A DNA stretch of 64,000 nt, from the NCBI GenBank assembly GCA_963765495.1, contig CAVXWP010000009.1, positions 320,001 through 384,000 on the forward strand, in the 5' to 3' direction. Each line of letters opens with the position of its first letter. Position 1 is the first letter of the stretch. Shown here piece after piece: positions 1-9,322 of this stretch. Source of the DNA: Blastocatellia bacterium. Lineage in GTDB: Bacteria > Acidobacteriota > Blastocatellia > UBA7656. The position numbers and the translations under genes are program-made. Under the pieces are notes generated by a model. It was given only the letters and a program-made list of their open reading frames with translations. It was not told where the DNA came from and searched no databases.

Positions 1-1525
1 GGGCGAATCCGGTTAGCTCTAACAGGTAAGACGCGATGACTCCTAAAATCACAAATGCGATTGCTCCCCACAGAAACTTTCGAGCGATGCGGGCAAAAGA
101 AGCTAGCAGGTCCGGCTTCGCACTCAAGAGCAAATCGATTCCAAACGCGGCAAGCACAGCCGCCGCGAATATGAACAGTACCCAGGCGCGAACTATCACG
201 CGAATGACCTGCAAGACGGGGATAAACCTCGTCATATGAACATAAATCGGAGCCGCAATCATTATGACCAGAGCAAGGGCGGCAAGCAGGGCGAAGAAGA
301 CGACGCGGGGACGCTGAGACGCTGAGAGGCGGCGATTCTGTTTCAGCCAGAAAAGGCCGAAGCCGAGCGGGGCAAGCGCGGCAATGCCCATATACAGGAT
401 GTGGTCGTGCGAGACTCCGAGCGCGGTAAAGATTCTGACTATTTCGGCGTCGTCGGCCGTGCCAAAGAGATTAGGAAAAACCAGCGTAAACAGATACCAC
501 GGGGGCAAGTAGATGTAACCCAGTTCCGTTGGCACTATGCGCCGGTTTGAAAATCTGAGCAATTGCATCACGGGAATCCACGCGGGGGCCGCAAGCAGGA
601 AACCTACCACGAGAGTTACGGCAAGCATCCCGAGCGCATTCAAGTTTTTCTTTGACCGCCAGTTCTTGAATTCGAATGCAAAGAATAGGTAGTAGAGCGC
701 AATCGCGCCTACGTAATAAATCTGGTTCTGCATCCATCCGCAATAAAATTGCAGCGCCAGGAAGACGCCCGCGATAATCGCCTGCGTGTAGCTCTGCTGC
801 CTTGCGGCGCGGTCTACGAACAGCAGGATCAGCGGCAGCCACATAAGCCCGCCCCACCATCCAAGCCCCGTAACGTGTAATAACGAATGCGACGACAGAA
901 CGAATACGAGCGCGCCAAGCAGGCTGGCGGGCTCGCTCGCGCCCACTCCGATAAGAAAGATGTACATGAAGATTGCCGCAAGCATCAGTTCAAAGATGCG
1001 GGCGAGTGAATAGCCTAGCGGCACGTCAAAGAATTTATAGAAAAGCAGAAAAGGCGAAAGCGTTCTGGTCACTCCGTCGGCATAGATGGGGTGCCCCGCC
1101 ATCGTGTAGGGATTCCACAACGGCATCTCTCCATCGCGGTACGCCTGAACCACAAAGTAATCGCGCGTTATATAGGTATCGGTCAGATCGCGGCGGTTGT
1201 AGTTGTAATCGATGCTCTCGCCCGCGTAGTACCCCCAGGGAAGCTGATTGTTGAGCGTGGCTACATCGACAAAAGTCTCGCCAAGAAAGAGCACCCGCCA
1301 GAACAGGGCTATGATAACCAGCGCGAGAAACGAGGCATTTACAGCGTGGCGCTGAAAGGATGAAGGATGAGGGATGAGGGATTTCAGGAGGGATAAGGGA
1401 TGAGGGATGAGGGATTTCAGGAGGGATGAGGGATGAGGGATGAGGGATGAAAAGGACTCTGAGGAATTATCCTGATAACCAGCGGGCCGCTTTTCATCAG
1501 ACTGTCGCGTCAGAATCTTTTTCAT
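1..1525 (-). CDS. YfhO-family (GT-C-like) multi-pass membrane protein, 3' end outside window
   Basis: Absent from the ORF track because it has no stop in the window. Hand translation from ATG 1525 is open to base 1: MKKILTRQ...FLALVIIALFWRVLFLGETF...GEMPLWNPYTMAGHPIYADG...WLPLILLFVDR. The PLWNPY..G.P motif and many hydrophobic helices fit YfhO-like proteins. Start is uncertain (another in-frame ATG at 1546). Confidence 0.8.
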   Translation of the reverse strand, partial: MKKILTRQSDEKRPAGYQDNSSESFSSLIPHPSSLLKSLIPHPLSLLKSLIPHPSSFQRHAVNASFLALVIIALFWRVLFLGETFVDVATLNNQLPWGYYAGESIDYNYNRRDLTDTYITRDYFVVQAYRDGEMPLWNPYTMAGHPIYADGVTRTLSPFLLFYKFFDVPLGYSLARIFELMLAAIFMYIFLIGVGASEPASLLGALVFVLSSHSLLHVTGLGWWGGLMWLPLILLFVDRAARQQSYTQAIIAGVFLALQFYCGWMQNQIYYVGAIALYYLFFAFEFKNWRSKKNLNALGMLAVTLVVGFLLAAPAWIPVMQLLRFSNRRIVPTELGYIYLPPWYLFTLVFPNLFGTADDAEIVRIFTALGVSHDHILYMGIAALAPLGFGLFWLKQNRRLSASQRPRVVFFALLAALALVIMIAAPIYVHMTRFIPVLQVIRVIVRAWVLFIFAAAVLAAFGIDLLLSAKPDLLASFARIARKFLWGAIAFVILGVIASYLLELTGFA

Positions 1526-1552
1526 CCCTCATCCCTCATCCCTCATCCCTCA
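1357..1552. repeat. (GGGATGA)n ... (TCATCCC)n inverted heptamer element
   Basis: Degenerate GGGATGA array 1357-1450, about 70 bp spacer, then TCATCCC x4 at 1522-1549, abutting the stop of the 1550-3193 gene. Confidence 0.9.
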
Positions 1553-3193
1553 AAGGTATCCCAGGCTGCGTAGTTTTTCTTCGATTAATTTTTCTTCCGA
1601 TTCGGTCAGCCTGCTTTCAGGCGCGGACGAAGTGGAAGCGGGTGAATCGGTTTGCAAAGGATGTTGAGCCAGAAAATCATCGGCGCAGGCTTCCGTTAAG
1701 ACGCGCCCGTCGAGGTCGCCGGGTACGGGAAGCCCGGCCAGATACATAATCGTTGGAACAAGGTCGTAAACCGTGGGCGAAGCAATCGCGGCTTGCGGGC
1801 GTATGCCGGGCCCTTTGCAAATCAGGATGCCTTCCTGTCTGTGGTCGCCACTCCACCAGAACCCGCGAGCGCGCACCTCGTCGGGCGGCTCGCCAAGATT
1901 CGCCTGCGTATTCCAGTAAACATACAGGTCGCTTGCTCGGGTGGTGAACGGGCCTCGGTAGACCTCATCGCGCATGGCTACGCGCTCGACCACAGGGTTG
2001 CCGCGCGCATCGGTCCACTGGCTCAATTTTTCGATGATCTGTTTGCAGGTCTTTTTATAGTCTGCGGCAGGGACGCGGCCTTCCGCATTGCGTCCGGCAA
2101 GATTGATGTTTATAACGTGGCGGCCCGGTTCCGTGTAAGCCATGGTGCGCGACCAGTCGATTGATGAGTAAAACGAATCTTTTTCAACCGCCTGCAATCT
2201 TTCGACGCGAGATGCGCCCATGCCCGATTTGATCTTTTCTCTGATCGAGGGAGGCAGCAGAGTGCGCGCCGCGCGTTTGCCCGCGCCTATCAAAGAGGCG
2301 CGAGTCTGAGCCTGATTGCTGCGCGTCATGAAGCCGTTTGATTCGAGCCATTCGGCCAGATGATAAGACGCGCCCGTGTGCGGTCCCATACCATGATCTG
2401 AAATGACGTAGACCTGAGTGCTGCTGTCTGCGTGCTTCAATAAAACGGCCATCGCAGAATCGAGCGCCTTATAGATCGAAAGCAACGCATCGCCCGACCC
2501 AACGGCCCCGGCCTTTTCAGGCTCGTCTTGATTATGGTCGAGATACCTCCAGAGGTTATGGCCGCCCCAGTCGCTTGCGGTGTAAACGGTCATGAAAAAA
2601 TCTGTGGAGCGCGACTCCAAGAGGTATTCGGCGGCGGCGGTCTGAGCTTCGATCAGCTTCATCCAGAGGGCTATCGCATCATCGATCCGACCCGCGCTCA
2701 TCAAATCGCCAAGCCCCTGCGGCGTGAAGTGATAATCGGGAACGCGCGCGAGCAACTGAGAGCGAAGCTCTGCGGGAGAGAACGCATCTTCATTTAGTGC
2801 CGGAGCATCGAGACCACTCACAAGGAATCCGCCCGGCGCGCACTCGGCCGGGTAAGTCATCGGCACGTTGAGAAACCCCGAGGTCAAACCGTGTCGGTGA
2901 AGGTGCGCGCCTACGAGTTCGCCGTGCCGGTCTCCGCCTTTGAAAAAGACCTGGCGGCCTGTCTCGAAATCCCGATCCGAAAAGACAAACAATCCGTGGC
3001 GACCGGGATTGAGTCCCGTAAGAATGGAGGTCCACGCCGATGCGCTGTGCATATTCGGGGTTGATAGAAAACGCGAGCTTGCGCCTTCCTCGATCAACCC
3101 GGCGATGACAGGCAACTGGCCCGCCCGACACCACGGCTCAATCAAATCCATCGTAGCCGCATCGAGTCCGATGACTAAAATCTTTGGCTTCAT
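1550..3193 (-). CDS. Alkaline phosphatase superfamily (type I phosphodiesterase/nucleotide pyrophosphatase-like) protein
   Basis: GLDAAT, SASAWTSILTGLNPGRHG, ISDHG and GDHRQEG motifs; C-terminal EEKLRSLGYL; no signal peptide. Confidence 0.88.
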   Translation of the reverse strand: MKPKILVIGLDAATMDLIEPWCRAGQLPVIAGLIEEGASSRFLSTPNMHSASAWTSILTGLNPGRHGLFVFSDRDFETGRQVFFKGGDRHGELVGAHLHRHGLTSGFLNVPMTYPAECAPGGFLVSGLDAPALNEDAFSPAELRSQLLARVPDYHFTPQGLGDLMSAGRIDDAIALWMKLIEAQTAAAEYLLESRSTDFFMTVYTASDWGGHNLWRYLDHNQDEPEKAGAVGSGDALLSIYKALDSAMAVLLKHADSSTQVYVISDHGMGPHTGASYHLAEWLESNGFMTRSNQAQTRASLIGAGKRAARTLLPPSIREKIKSGMGASRVERLQAVEKDSFYSSIDWSRTMAYTEPGRHVININLAGRNAEGRVPAADYKKTCKQIIEKLSQWTDARGNPVVERVAMRDEVYRGPFTTRASDLYVYWNTQANLGEPPDEVRARGFWWSGDHRQEGILICKGPGIRPQAAIASPTVYDLVPTIMYLAGLPVPGDLDGRVLTEACADDFLAQHPLQTDSPASTSSAPESRLTESEEKLIEEKLRSLGYL

Positions 3194-3206
3194 AGAAAAC
3201 TTCGGG

Positions 3207-3234
3207 TCTCAAATCTCAAATCTCAAACCTGAGA
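3207..3234. repeat. (TCTCAAA)3 heptamer array
   Basis: tctcaaa x3 plus cctgaga, directly adjoining the stop at 3235. Confidence 0.85.
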
Positions 3235-4848
3235 TCATTCGATGTATCCGAGTGCTCGCAATCGCTCGCGCAATTCGGCCTCTTCACCTTCCTTGTAAAC
3301 CGGCTCAGACTCGGGGCCGTCTTTTCCGCCCTGCCTGTATGAACTCCCCTGCCGCGCAAGTTCTTGATGGTCGGTGAAGATTTCTGTGAGCGCCCGCCCG
3401 TCCATGTCTTCGGTGAGCGGAGAGCCGAGCGAGTAAAGCGCCGTCGGGCCTACATCGCGGAGGTTTGGCAAAGGGTCGAAATCGGTCTGACTCTTTATGC
3501 CCCGGCCCCAGGCGATAAATATCCCGTCGCGCGAGTGCGTACCCGTAGTCGAATCGGCCGGGACTATCAGGTCGCCATAGCTCGGGCGTTCGTTGTATAC
3601 GTATTCGTCTCGTCTGGGGATCATCACAAGATCGGGCAGGCGGTCGGCCCATCGCCCTCGAAATGCTTCCTTGCGGCTCATTACTTTCTCAAATACCGGC
3701 TCGCCGTCTTCGGGCGAGATCAATTTTTTTAACGCCGCTCGCGCTTCTTCAAGCACTTCATCAAACCGGCTTTCGCTCACCCTTCCCTGCGGCTCGCGTC
3801 CCGCCAGATTTACCCACACGCCCTTGTCTTGAGCGAAAAAGGCGCGGGTGCGTTTCCAGTCGATTTCGTCCAGGAACGCGCTGCCGTAAGCTACCTTGCG
3901 ATCGAGCACGCTGCCCGAGGGGGTCGAGGGCAAGAGCCGCCGCGAGATTTTTTCTTTTAGCGATCTCACCTTTGCCCGGCCTTTTCTTGAAGCCGGGGTC
4001 TTGAATGCTAGCAACCCCGCAGATGCCAGCACTTCATTTACGCGCACCTCGAATAGCTCCGAGCAGAAACCGTGATCCGACACTATGAAGACCCGCGCAT
4101 CGGCGGGTAAACGTTCGATCAGGCGACCGAGCGCCGCGTCGAGTTGTTCGTATGTCTCGTGGATAAACGAGCGAAACTCGCGTGGCGCGTTTGGGTCGTG
4201 GCGCGGATGCAAAGGGTCCATGTCGGCCCAGTAATCGTGCTGCGCGCGGTCGAGCACGGAAAAGACCATCATCAGAAAATCCCATTCGCCCTTATCCATC
4301 AAAAATTGAGTGACGCGCTCGTGCATAAGTGTTGCTCGACGGAATTCGTCGGCGCGGGCGCGTTTATCGGGGTTTCGAGTCGGCTCTATGATGTAATCGG
4401 GCAGTCGGGCCAGTATCTCTTCCTTAAGCGAGTGCGGGTGCGTGTAATCCGATGACGCGCCGGGCGTGAGCATCCCCGTGACCATAAAGCCGTTTATCGC
4501 TTCGGGCGGATAAGTGGTCGGAACGTTTACCACGATTGAACGCCCTCCGCCGCGCTCGGTCAGCAAATCCCAGACGGGCCGGGTCATTATATCGCGCCCG
4601 CTCATGGCGTGTACGCCGTAGCTTGCCCTGTCTTTTATAAAAGGCGAAAAGACGCCGTGCATCCCTTCGCTTGTTCCCGTAGTGCAGCTTGCCCAGCCCG
4701 GAAAGCTGTTTGGCAGAATGGTCGAACGAAGCGGCGCGTGACACCCTTCTGCCATCAGGCGAGACAAAACGGGCAGGCGTCCCGCTTCCGCTAGAGGCGT
4801 GATCAGATCAAAAGTCGCGCCGTCGAGTCCTAAGATTACTGTCTTCAT
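3235..4848 (-). CDS. Alkaline phosphatase superfamily (type I phosphodiesterase-like) protein
   Basis: GLDGAT, NSFPGWASCTTG, VSDHG and GTHSRDG motifs; C-terminal RERLRALGYIE; start overlaps the upstream stop. Confidence 0.88.
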   Translation of the reverse strand: MKTVILGLDGATFDLITPLAEAGRLPVLSRLMAEGCHAPLRSTILPNSFPGWASCTTGTSEGMHGVFSPFIKDRASYGVHAMSGRDIMTRPVWDLLTERGGGRSIVVNVPTTYPPEAINGFMVTGMLTPGASSDYTHPHSLKEEILARLPDYIIEPTRNPDKRARADEFRRATLMHERVTQFLMDKGEWDFLMMVFSVLDRAQHDYWADMDPLHPRHDPNAPREFRSFIHETYEQLDAALGRLIERLPADARVFIVSDHGFCSELFEVRVNEVLASAGLLAFKTPASRKGRAKVRSLKEKISRRLLPSTPSGSVLDRKVAYGSAFLDEIDWKRTRAFFAQDKGVWVNLAGREPQGRVSESRFDEVLEEARAALKKLISPEDGEPVFEKVMSRKEAFRGRWADRLPDLVMIPRRDEYVYNERPSYGDLIVPADSTTGTHSRDGIFIAWGRGIKSQTDFDPLPNLRDVGPTALYSLGSPLTEDMDGRALTEIFTDHQELARQGSSYRQGGKDGPESEPVYKEGEEAELRERLRALGYIE

Positions 4849-6191
4849 TTATACATCGAGCGCCCATCCATCCCGGCAGGCACCTGAAGCCCCATCGAGG
4901 AGAGCAAAGTCGGAGCAACATCCGTTATGTGAGGCTTATCAGAGCGCAGTTCGCCGGCCTGCGAGCTTATGAATAGCGTAGCGTCATCCTGCGTGTGCAT
5001 CCCCGTAAAGATTTCGCGGTCCATCAACTCCGTCTTATTTACCGCGCCCTTCAGATCGTAGCCGTAGACGGGCTGCGCGCACAGATCGGGGGCCGACAAA
5101 AGAGCGGGGCCTCGAAATAACTCGTCGCGTTCGTAAACCCGACCGACTACCCTCTGCCCTTCATCGCTTATCTCCGAAAGCCCCTGCTTTATCTCTTGGA
5201 TCAGCCTTCCCGCATCCTCAGGGTCGACCGTGCCGCCCGGATACCTGCCCTTCAGATTTATGTAGACGCGACCGGGGTCCATAGCAAATGCCCGCGAGCC
5301 TTCGGCTATCTCTTCAATCGAGCGCGCATTATCTTTGAGGTTGAGATAGCCGTGATCGGCAAGCCATCGGTTCAAATAGACCTGTTTCTTTATCCCCGTA
5401 AAACCGTGATCGCTCATCAGCATAACGGTCTCGTCGCGCAATCGTTCGCCAATCTGCCCGATAAAATGATCTACGCGGCTGTAAAACTCTCTGAAGGCCG
5501 AATGGTATTTGTGATTCTCGTCTTCAATCGCGTCCATGAAGAAATGCTGCAAGCGGTCGGTTTCGGTCACTACGCCTACAAACAGGTCCCACGGCTCGTT
5601 GTCATACAGATCGAGCATCACAGCCACGCGGCGTTCGAGCGCCTTAAGGATGTCGTCCATCAGCGCATCGTGCGACTGCTGCACTTTGCGCGCATCAACG
5701 TCGATGCGATAATCCATCCGTTCGAGCTTTGGAACAAGCTCTGCCGGGTAGGTGGCTTTCTTTATATCAATAGCCACAAACCCTGAAATGAGTATGCCGT
5801 TCAAAGGCTTTGCCGGATAAGTCGAAGGCACGTTGATGACGATTGAGCGGCGGCCCTGACTGCCCACGGCGTCCCAAAGCGTCTGGCTCTTGATGTGGCG
5901 CGAATTTGGGAAATAGATTTTGTAGCTGTTCGGCTGAAGATCGAGAAATCCGTAAATACCGTGGCGTCCGGGGTTTGCGCCGGTCATAAAAGATGTCCAC
6001 GCCACAGATGAGATGTCCGGGATGGAAGTGTCCATCTGGAGCAGGGTTCCGCGCCGGGCCATCTCACCCATTCGCGGCATGGTGCCGTCTTCGATAAAGC
6101 GGCGCATCAGCGTGCAGGGAGTGCCGTCGAGCCCGAGAAGTACGGCGCGGCGCGGCGACTCCTTTGATTTGAATCTGTCAAACAGTCCCAT
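4845..6191 (-). CDS. Alkaline phosphatase superfamily (type I phosphodiesterase-like) protein
   Basis: GLDGTP, ISSVAWTSFMTGANPGRHG, MSDHG and GMHTQDD motifs. Confidence 0.88.
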   Translation of the reverse strand: MGLFDRFKSKESPRRAVLLGLDGTPCTLMRRFIEDGTMPRMGEMARRGTLLQMDTSIPDISSVAWTSFMTGANPGRHGIYGFLDLQPNSYKIYFPNSRHIKSQTLWDAVGSQGRRSIVINVPSTYPAKPLNGILISGFVAIDIKKATYPAELVPKLERMDYRIDVDARKVQQSHDALMDDILKALERRVAVMLDLYDNEPWDLFVGVVTETDRLQHFFMDAIEDENHKYHSAFREFYSRVDHFIGQIGERLRDETVMLMSDHGFTGIKKQVYLNRWLADHGYLNLKDNARSIEEIAEGSRAFAMDPGRVYINLKGRYPGGTVDPEDAGRLIQEIKQGLSEISDEGQRVVGRVYERDELFRGPALLSAPDLCAQPVYGYDLKGAVNKTELMDREIFTGMHTQDDATLFISSQAGELRSDKPHITDVAPTLLSSMGLQVPAGMDGRSMYK

Positions 6192-6204
6192 GCTAAAATC
6201 CAGA

Positions 6205-6260
6205 GTTTTGAGTTTTGAGTTTTGAGTTTTGAATTAACTCAAAATTCAAAACTCAAAACT
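6205..6260. repeat. Core-less (GTTTTGA)n/(TCAAAAC)n inverted heptamer element
   Basis: GTTTTGA x4, centre gaattaactc, then TCAAAAC-type units; 3 bp after the cysC stop. Confidence 0.9.
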
Positions 6261-6263
6261 TGC

Positions 6264-6869
6264 TTAAACGTAGCCGAGAGATTCGAGGCGGCGGCGCACT
6301 TCCTCGTCGTCATCTTCGGAGTAGATTTCAGACTCGACATAAGGAATCAGCATCATCTCTTCGAGTTTGTTGATGATGCGAAGGGCGCTTTGTTCCGGCG
6401 TCTCCAGATTTGTTTCGACGATCACATCGGGCGAGAGAGGCTCTTCGTAAGGGTCGTCGATGCCTGTGAAATTCTTGATCTCGCCCGCGAGAGCTTTTTT
6501 ATAAAGGCCCTTTACATCGCGGTCGGCCAGCACGTCAATCGGGCATTTAACAAAGACCTCTACGAAATCGCCGATCATCTGACGCACCTCATCGCGCACG
6601 GCGCTGTAAGGCGAGATCGCCGCCGCTATGGCTACGACATCATTGCGTGTCAGCAGGTTGCAGACAAACCCTATGCGGCGGATGTTTGTGTCGCGGTCCT
6701 CTTTTGAAAAACCGAGCCCCTTTGAAAGATTGGTGCGAACTATATCGCCGTCAAGGACTTCGACCTTATGATCGCGCCTTTTCAACTCGGCTTCGATTCT
6801 GCGCGCAAGCGTAGTCTTGCCCGCCCCTGAAAGCCCTGTAAACCAGATAGTAAATCCTCTTTGTGCCAT
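6264..6869 (-). CDS. cysC: Adenylyl-sulfate (APS) kinase
   Basis: [13 protein letters not shown]-loop, [24 protein letters not shown] and [25 protein letters not shown]. Start moved to ATG 6869 (MAQRGF), preceded by GGAG. Confidence 0.95.
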   Translation of the reverse strand: MAQRGFTIWFTGLSGAGKTTLARRIEAELKRRDHKVEVLDGDIVRTNLSKGLGFSKEDRDTNIRRIGFVCNLLTRNDVVAIAAAISPYSAVRDEVRQMIGDFVEVFVKCPIDVLADRDVKGLYKKALAGEIKNFTGIDDPYEEPLSPDVIVETNLETPEQSALRIINKLEEMMLIPYVESEIYSEDDDEEVRRRLESLGYV

Positions 6870-7003
6870 ATAATCTCCGTAAAAAAATTCCGGGCCCCTA
6901 AATTCTATTAGCGAAGCCCCCTTTATGCAAAGCTGCTGAATATACACGAACCCGCGAGATTACGAAAGTCCACGGCAGGCAGCAACGGATTAAGAGATGA
7001 TTA

Positions 7004-7066
7004 GTTTTGAGTTTTGAGTTTTAGGTTTTGAGTTAATTCAAAACTTAAAACTCAAAACTCAAAACT
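7004..7066. repeat. Core-less (GTTTTGA)n/(TCAAAAC)n inverted heptamer element
   Basis: Four units each side, centre gagttaattc, in the divergent intergenic region. Confidence 0.9.
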
Positions 7067-7075
7067 TAATTGCGC

Positions 7076-7105
7076 TTGACATGCCAGCGGCTCGAAGTTA
7101 ATAAT
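7076..7105 (+). promoter_or_regulatory. Putative sigma70 promoter
   Basis: Perfect TTGACA at 7076-7081, followed after 17-18 bp by TAATAAT, upstream of the APC permease. Confidence 0.5.
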
Positions 7106-7158
7106 CGCGGCGCTTCCTTAAATTTACCCGTGCAAAACCTCTGAGGGGAAAAGATCGA

Positions 7159-9111
7159 ATGGAGACCAAACAGGCTGACAAGACGGGCGTGGACGTTATG
7201 ACTTTTCGCGGCTTGTTTCGCATCAAGACGCTCGATTCCATTCTTGCAGACGCCGAAGAGCCTGAGCATCAGTTGAAACGGGCTCTCGGCCCGTTGCAAT
7301 TGATACTGTTCGGCGTCGGCGCGGTCATCGGAGCAGGCATATTCGCCACAATAGGCACTGCCGCGGCGGGCGATTCGGCTCGTCCGGGCGCGGGTCCGGC
7401 GCTGATGATCTCTTTCGTAATCACGGCAATCGTCTGTGGATTTACCGCGCTCTGCTATGCCGAATTCGCCTCGATGGTTCCAATATCGGGTTCGGCTTAT
7501 ACCTACTCATACGCGACGCTTGGCGAAGTCGTGGCCTGGATAATCGGGTGGGATTTGATCATCGAATACGCCGTCGGAAACATCGCGGTCGCCATAAGCT
7601 GGGCAAACTATTTCAAGACCCTTATGAAGGGCATAAAGATTCAGGCCATCGGCCTAAACGGGATCAATATCCCCGACTGGATTTCGATGGATTATCGCAC
7701 GGCGGCCAAAGTGCCCGGCGTCTATGAAAACGCCCCGCATATTTTCGGCGTGCCGATAATCTTCAACTTTCTCGCCGTATTCATAGTCGCCGCCATAACG
7801 CTCGTCCTGATCTGGGGCATACGCGAAAGCGCCCGATTCAACGCCATAATGGTCGGGATAAAAATCATAGTGCTGACCTTTTTCGTCATAATCGGATTCA
7901 CTTATGTGCAGCCCGCAAACTACACGCCGTTTGCGCCAAACGGATGGGCGGGCATAAGCGCCGGGGCGGCTATAATCTTTTTCGCCTACATTGGCTTTGA
8001 CGCCGTTTCGACCGTCGCCGAAGAGACCAGAGACCCGCAGCGCAACATGCCTATAGGGATAATAGGCTCGCTCATCGTCTGCACGATCTTCTACATCGTC
8101 GTGGCCGCCGTCTTCACGGGGCTGATCTCTTACCCCGACCTTCAGGCAAAGCTTGCGACCGAGCAGGCCGAACCGCTCACGATGGCCCTCGATCACGCGG
8201 GACAGGTCTTTAACACCGATCTCGGATGGGCCGTCGGGCTTGTGGCCTTCGGATCGGTCGTAGCTCACACGGCCGTTCTGTTTGTATTTCAACTCGGGCA
8301 GCCGCGCATCTTCTTTTCGATGGCCCGCGACGGGTTGCTTCCAAAGACCTTCAGCAAGGTTCATCCCAAGTATCGAACCCCGCACGTCTCCACGATACTG
8401 ACCGGCGTATTCGTAGCCTCGTTTGCCGCCGTCGCAAGCATTGACGAAATGGTGGACCTCACCAATATCGGCACGCTCTTCGCCTTTATACTGGTCTGCG
8501 CCGGAATAATCGTCCTGCGCGTGAAAGACCCCGACCGGCCCCGCCCGTTCAGAGTTCCCGGCGGCCTGATCATTCCTGTGCTGGGCATAATCTCGTGCCT
8601 TTACCTGATCTACTTCCTGCCGCCTACATCGTGGCTCAGATTCGCCGCGTGGCTCAATTTCGGATTTGTGATCTATGTAGGCTACGGATCGGTGCACAGC
8701 CGTCTGACCGGCAGGCACCATACCGAGGCAATAGCGGAGCACAACGCGCATACGGCTTTCACGGGCGCGTGGCTCGGGGCCGTCGGCACCTTGCTGCTTT
8801 TCTTTATGCGAGGTTTCGATCTGTGGCTGCTTGCGCGGTCCGAACAGGAATCGAGCGGGCGAGCGTTTGGAGACTTATTCAATTCAGAGCCGTGGCTTGA
8901 GAAGTCATGGTTTTTGATAATCCCGCTTGCCTTGAACGCTCTTGTGCTTTGCCCCATCGTAATCCGGCGCTCGCTTACGGCAAAGCGGCAGAGCGATTCC
9001 GAAAAGGTGGCCGCGAGCGCAACAATAAGTCTGATCGTCGCAGTGATTCTCGCGGTCCTGAGCCTTGGCTATTTACTGATGGTATTTCTGCACAACCCCG
9101 GCGCAAGGTGA
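7159..9111 (+). CDS. APC-family amino acid permease with C-terminal membrane extension
   Basis: GVGAVIGAGIF, ALCYAEFASMVPISGSAYTYSY, FFAYIGFDAVST, QPRIFFSMARDGLLP; three extra hydrophobic segments at the C-terminus. Confidence 0.93.
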   Translation: METKQADKTGVDVMTFRGLFRIKTLDSILADAEEPEHQLKRALGPLQLILFGVGAVIGAGIFATIGTAAAGDSARPGAGPALMISFVITAIVCGFTALCYAEFASMVPISGSAYTYSYATLGEVVAWIIGWDLIIEYAVGNIAVAISWANYFKTLMKGIKIQAIGLNGINIPDWISMDYRTAAKVPGVYENAPHIFGVPIIFNFLAVFIVAAITLVLIWGIRESARFNAIMVGIKIIVLTFFVIIGFTYVQPANYTPFAPNGWAGISAGAAIIFFAYIGFDAVSTVAEETRDPQRNMPIGIIGSLIVCTIFYIVVAAVFTGLISYPDLQAKLATEQAEPLTMALDHAGQVFNTDLGWAVGLVAFGSVVAHTAVLFVFQLGQPRIFFSMARDGLLPKTFSKVHPKYRTPHVSTILTGVFVASFAAVASIDEMVDLTNIGTLFAFILVCAGIIVLRVKDPDRPRPFRVPGGLIIPVLGIISCLYLIYFLPPTSWLRFAAWLNFGFVIYVGYGSVHSRLTGRHHTEAIAEHNAHTAFTGAWLGAVGTLLLFFMRGFDLWLLARSEQESSGRAFGDLFNSEPWLEKSWFLIIPLALNALVLCPIVIRRSLTAKRQSDSEKVAASATISLIVAVILAVLSLGYLLMVFLHNPGAR

Positions 9112-9322
9112 TTTGATTTTCACCCGTCGAACTATTAGTATTCAGGTACCCGGTGAAGCGGGTTGAGCAGATGGGTCTTGCAAGCATCAAACATCAGTGA
9201 AAGATTGAATCTTTTGTCAACGCTGCCTATGAAAGACGCGCAACAGATCGGCTTGATCCATTTTGCCGGCAGAGTGTACTATAGCCTCCCTTCAGGTCTT
9301 ACTGAGAAAGGACACGAGCGAT

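Noticed and set aside
36-1363. Short ORFs 36-239, 471-860, 973-1254, 1091-1363
   Set aside because: All overlap the YfhO-like frame, which explains the region
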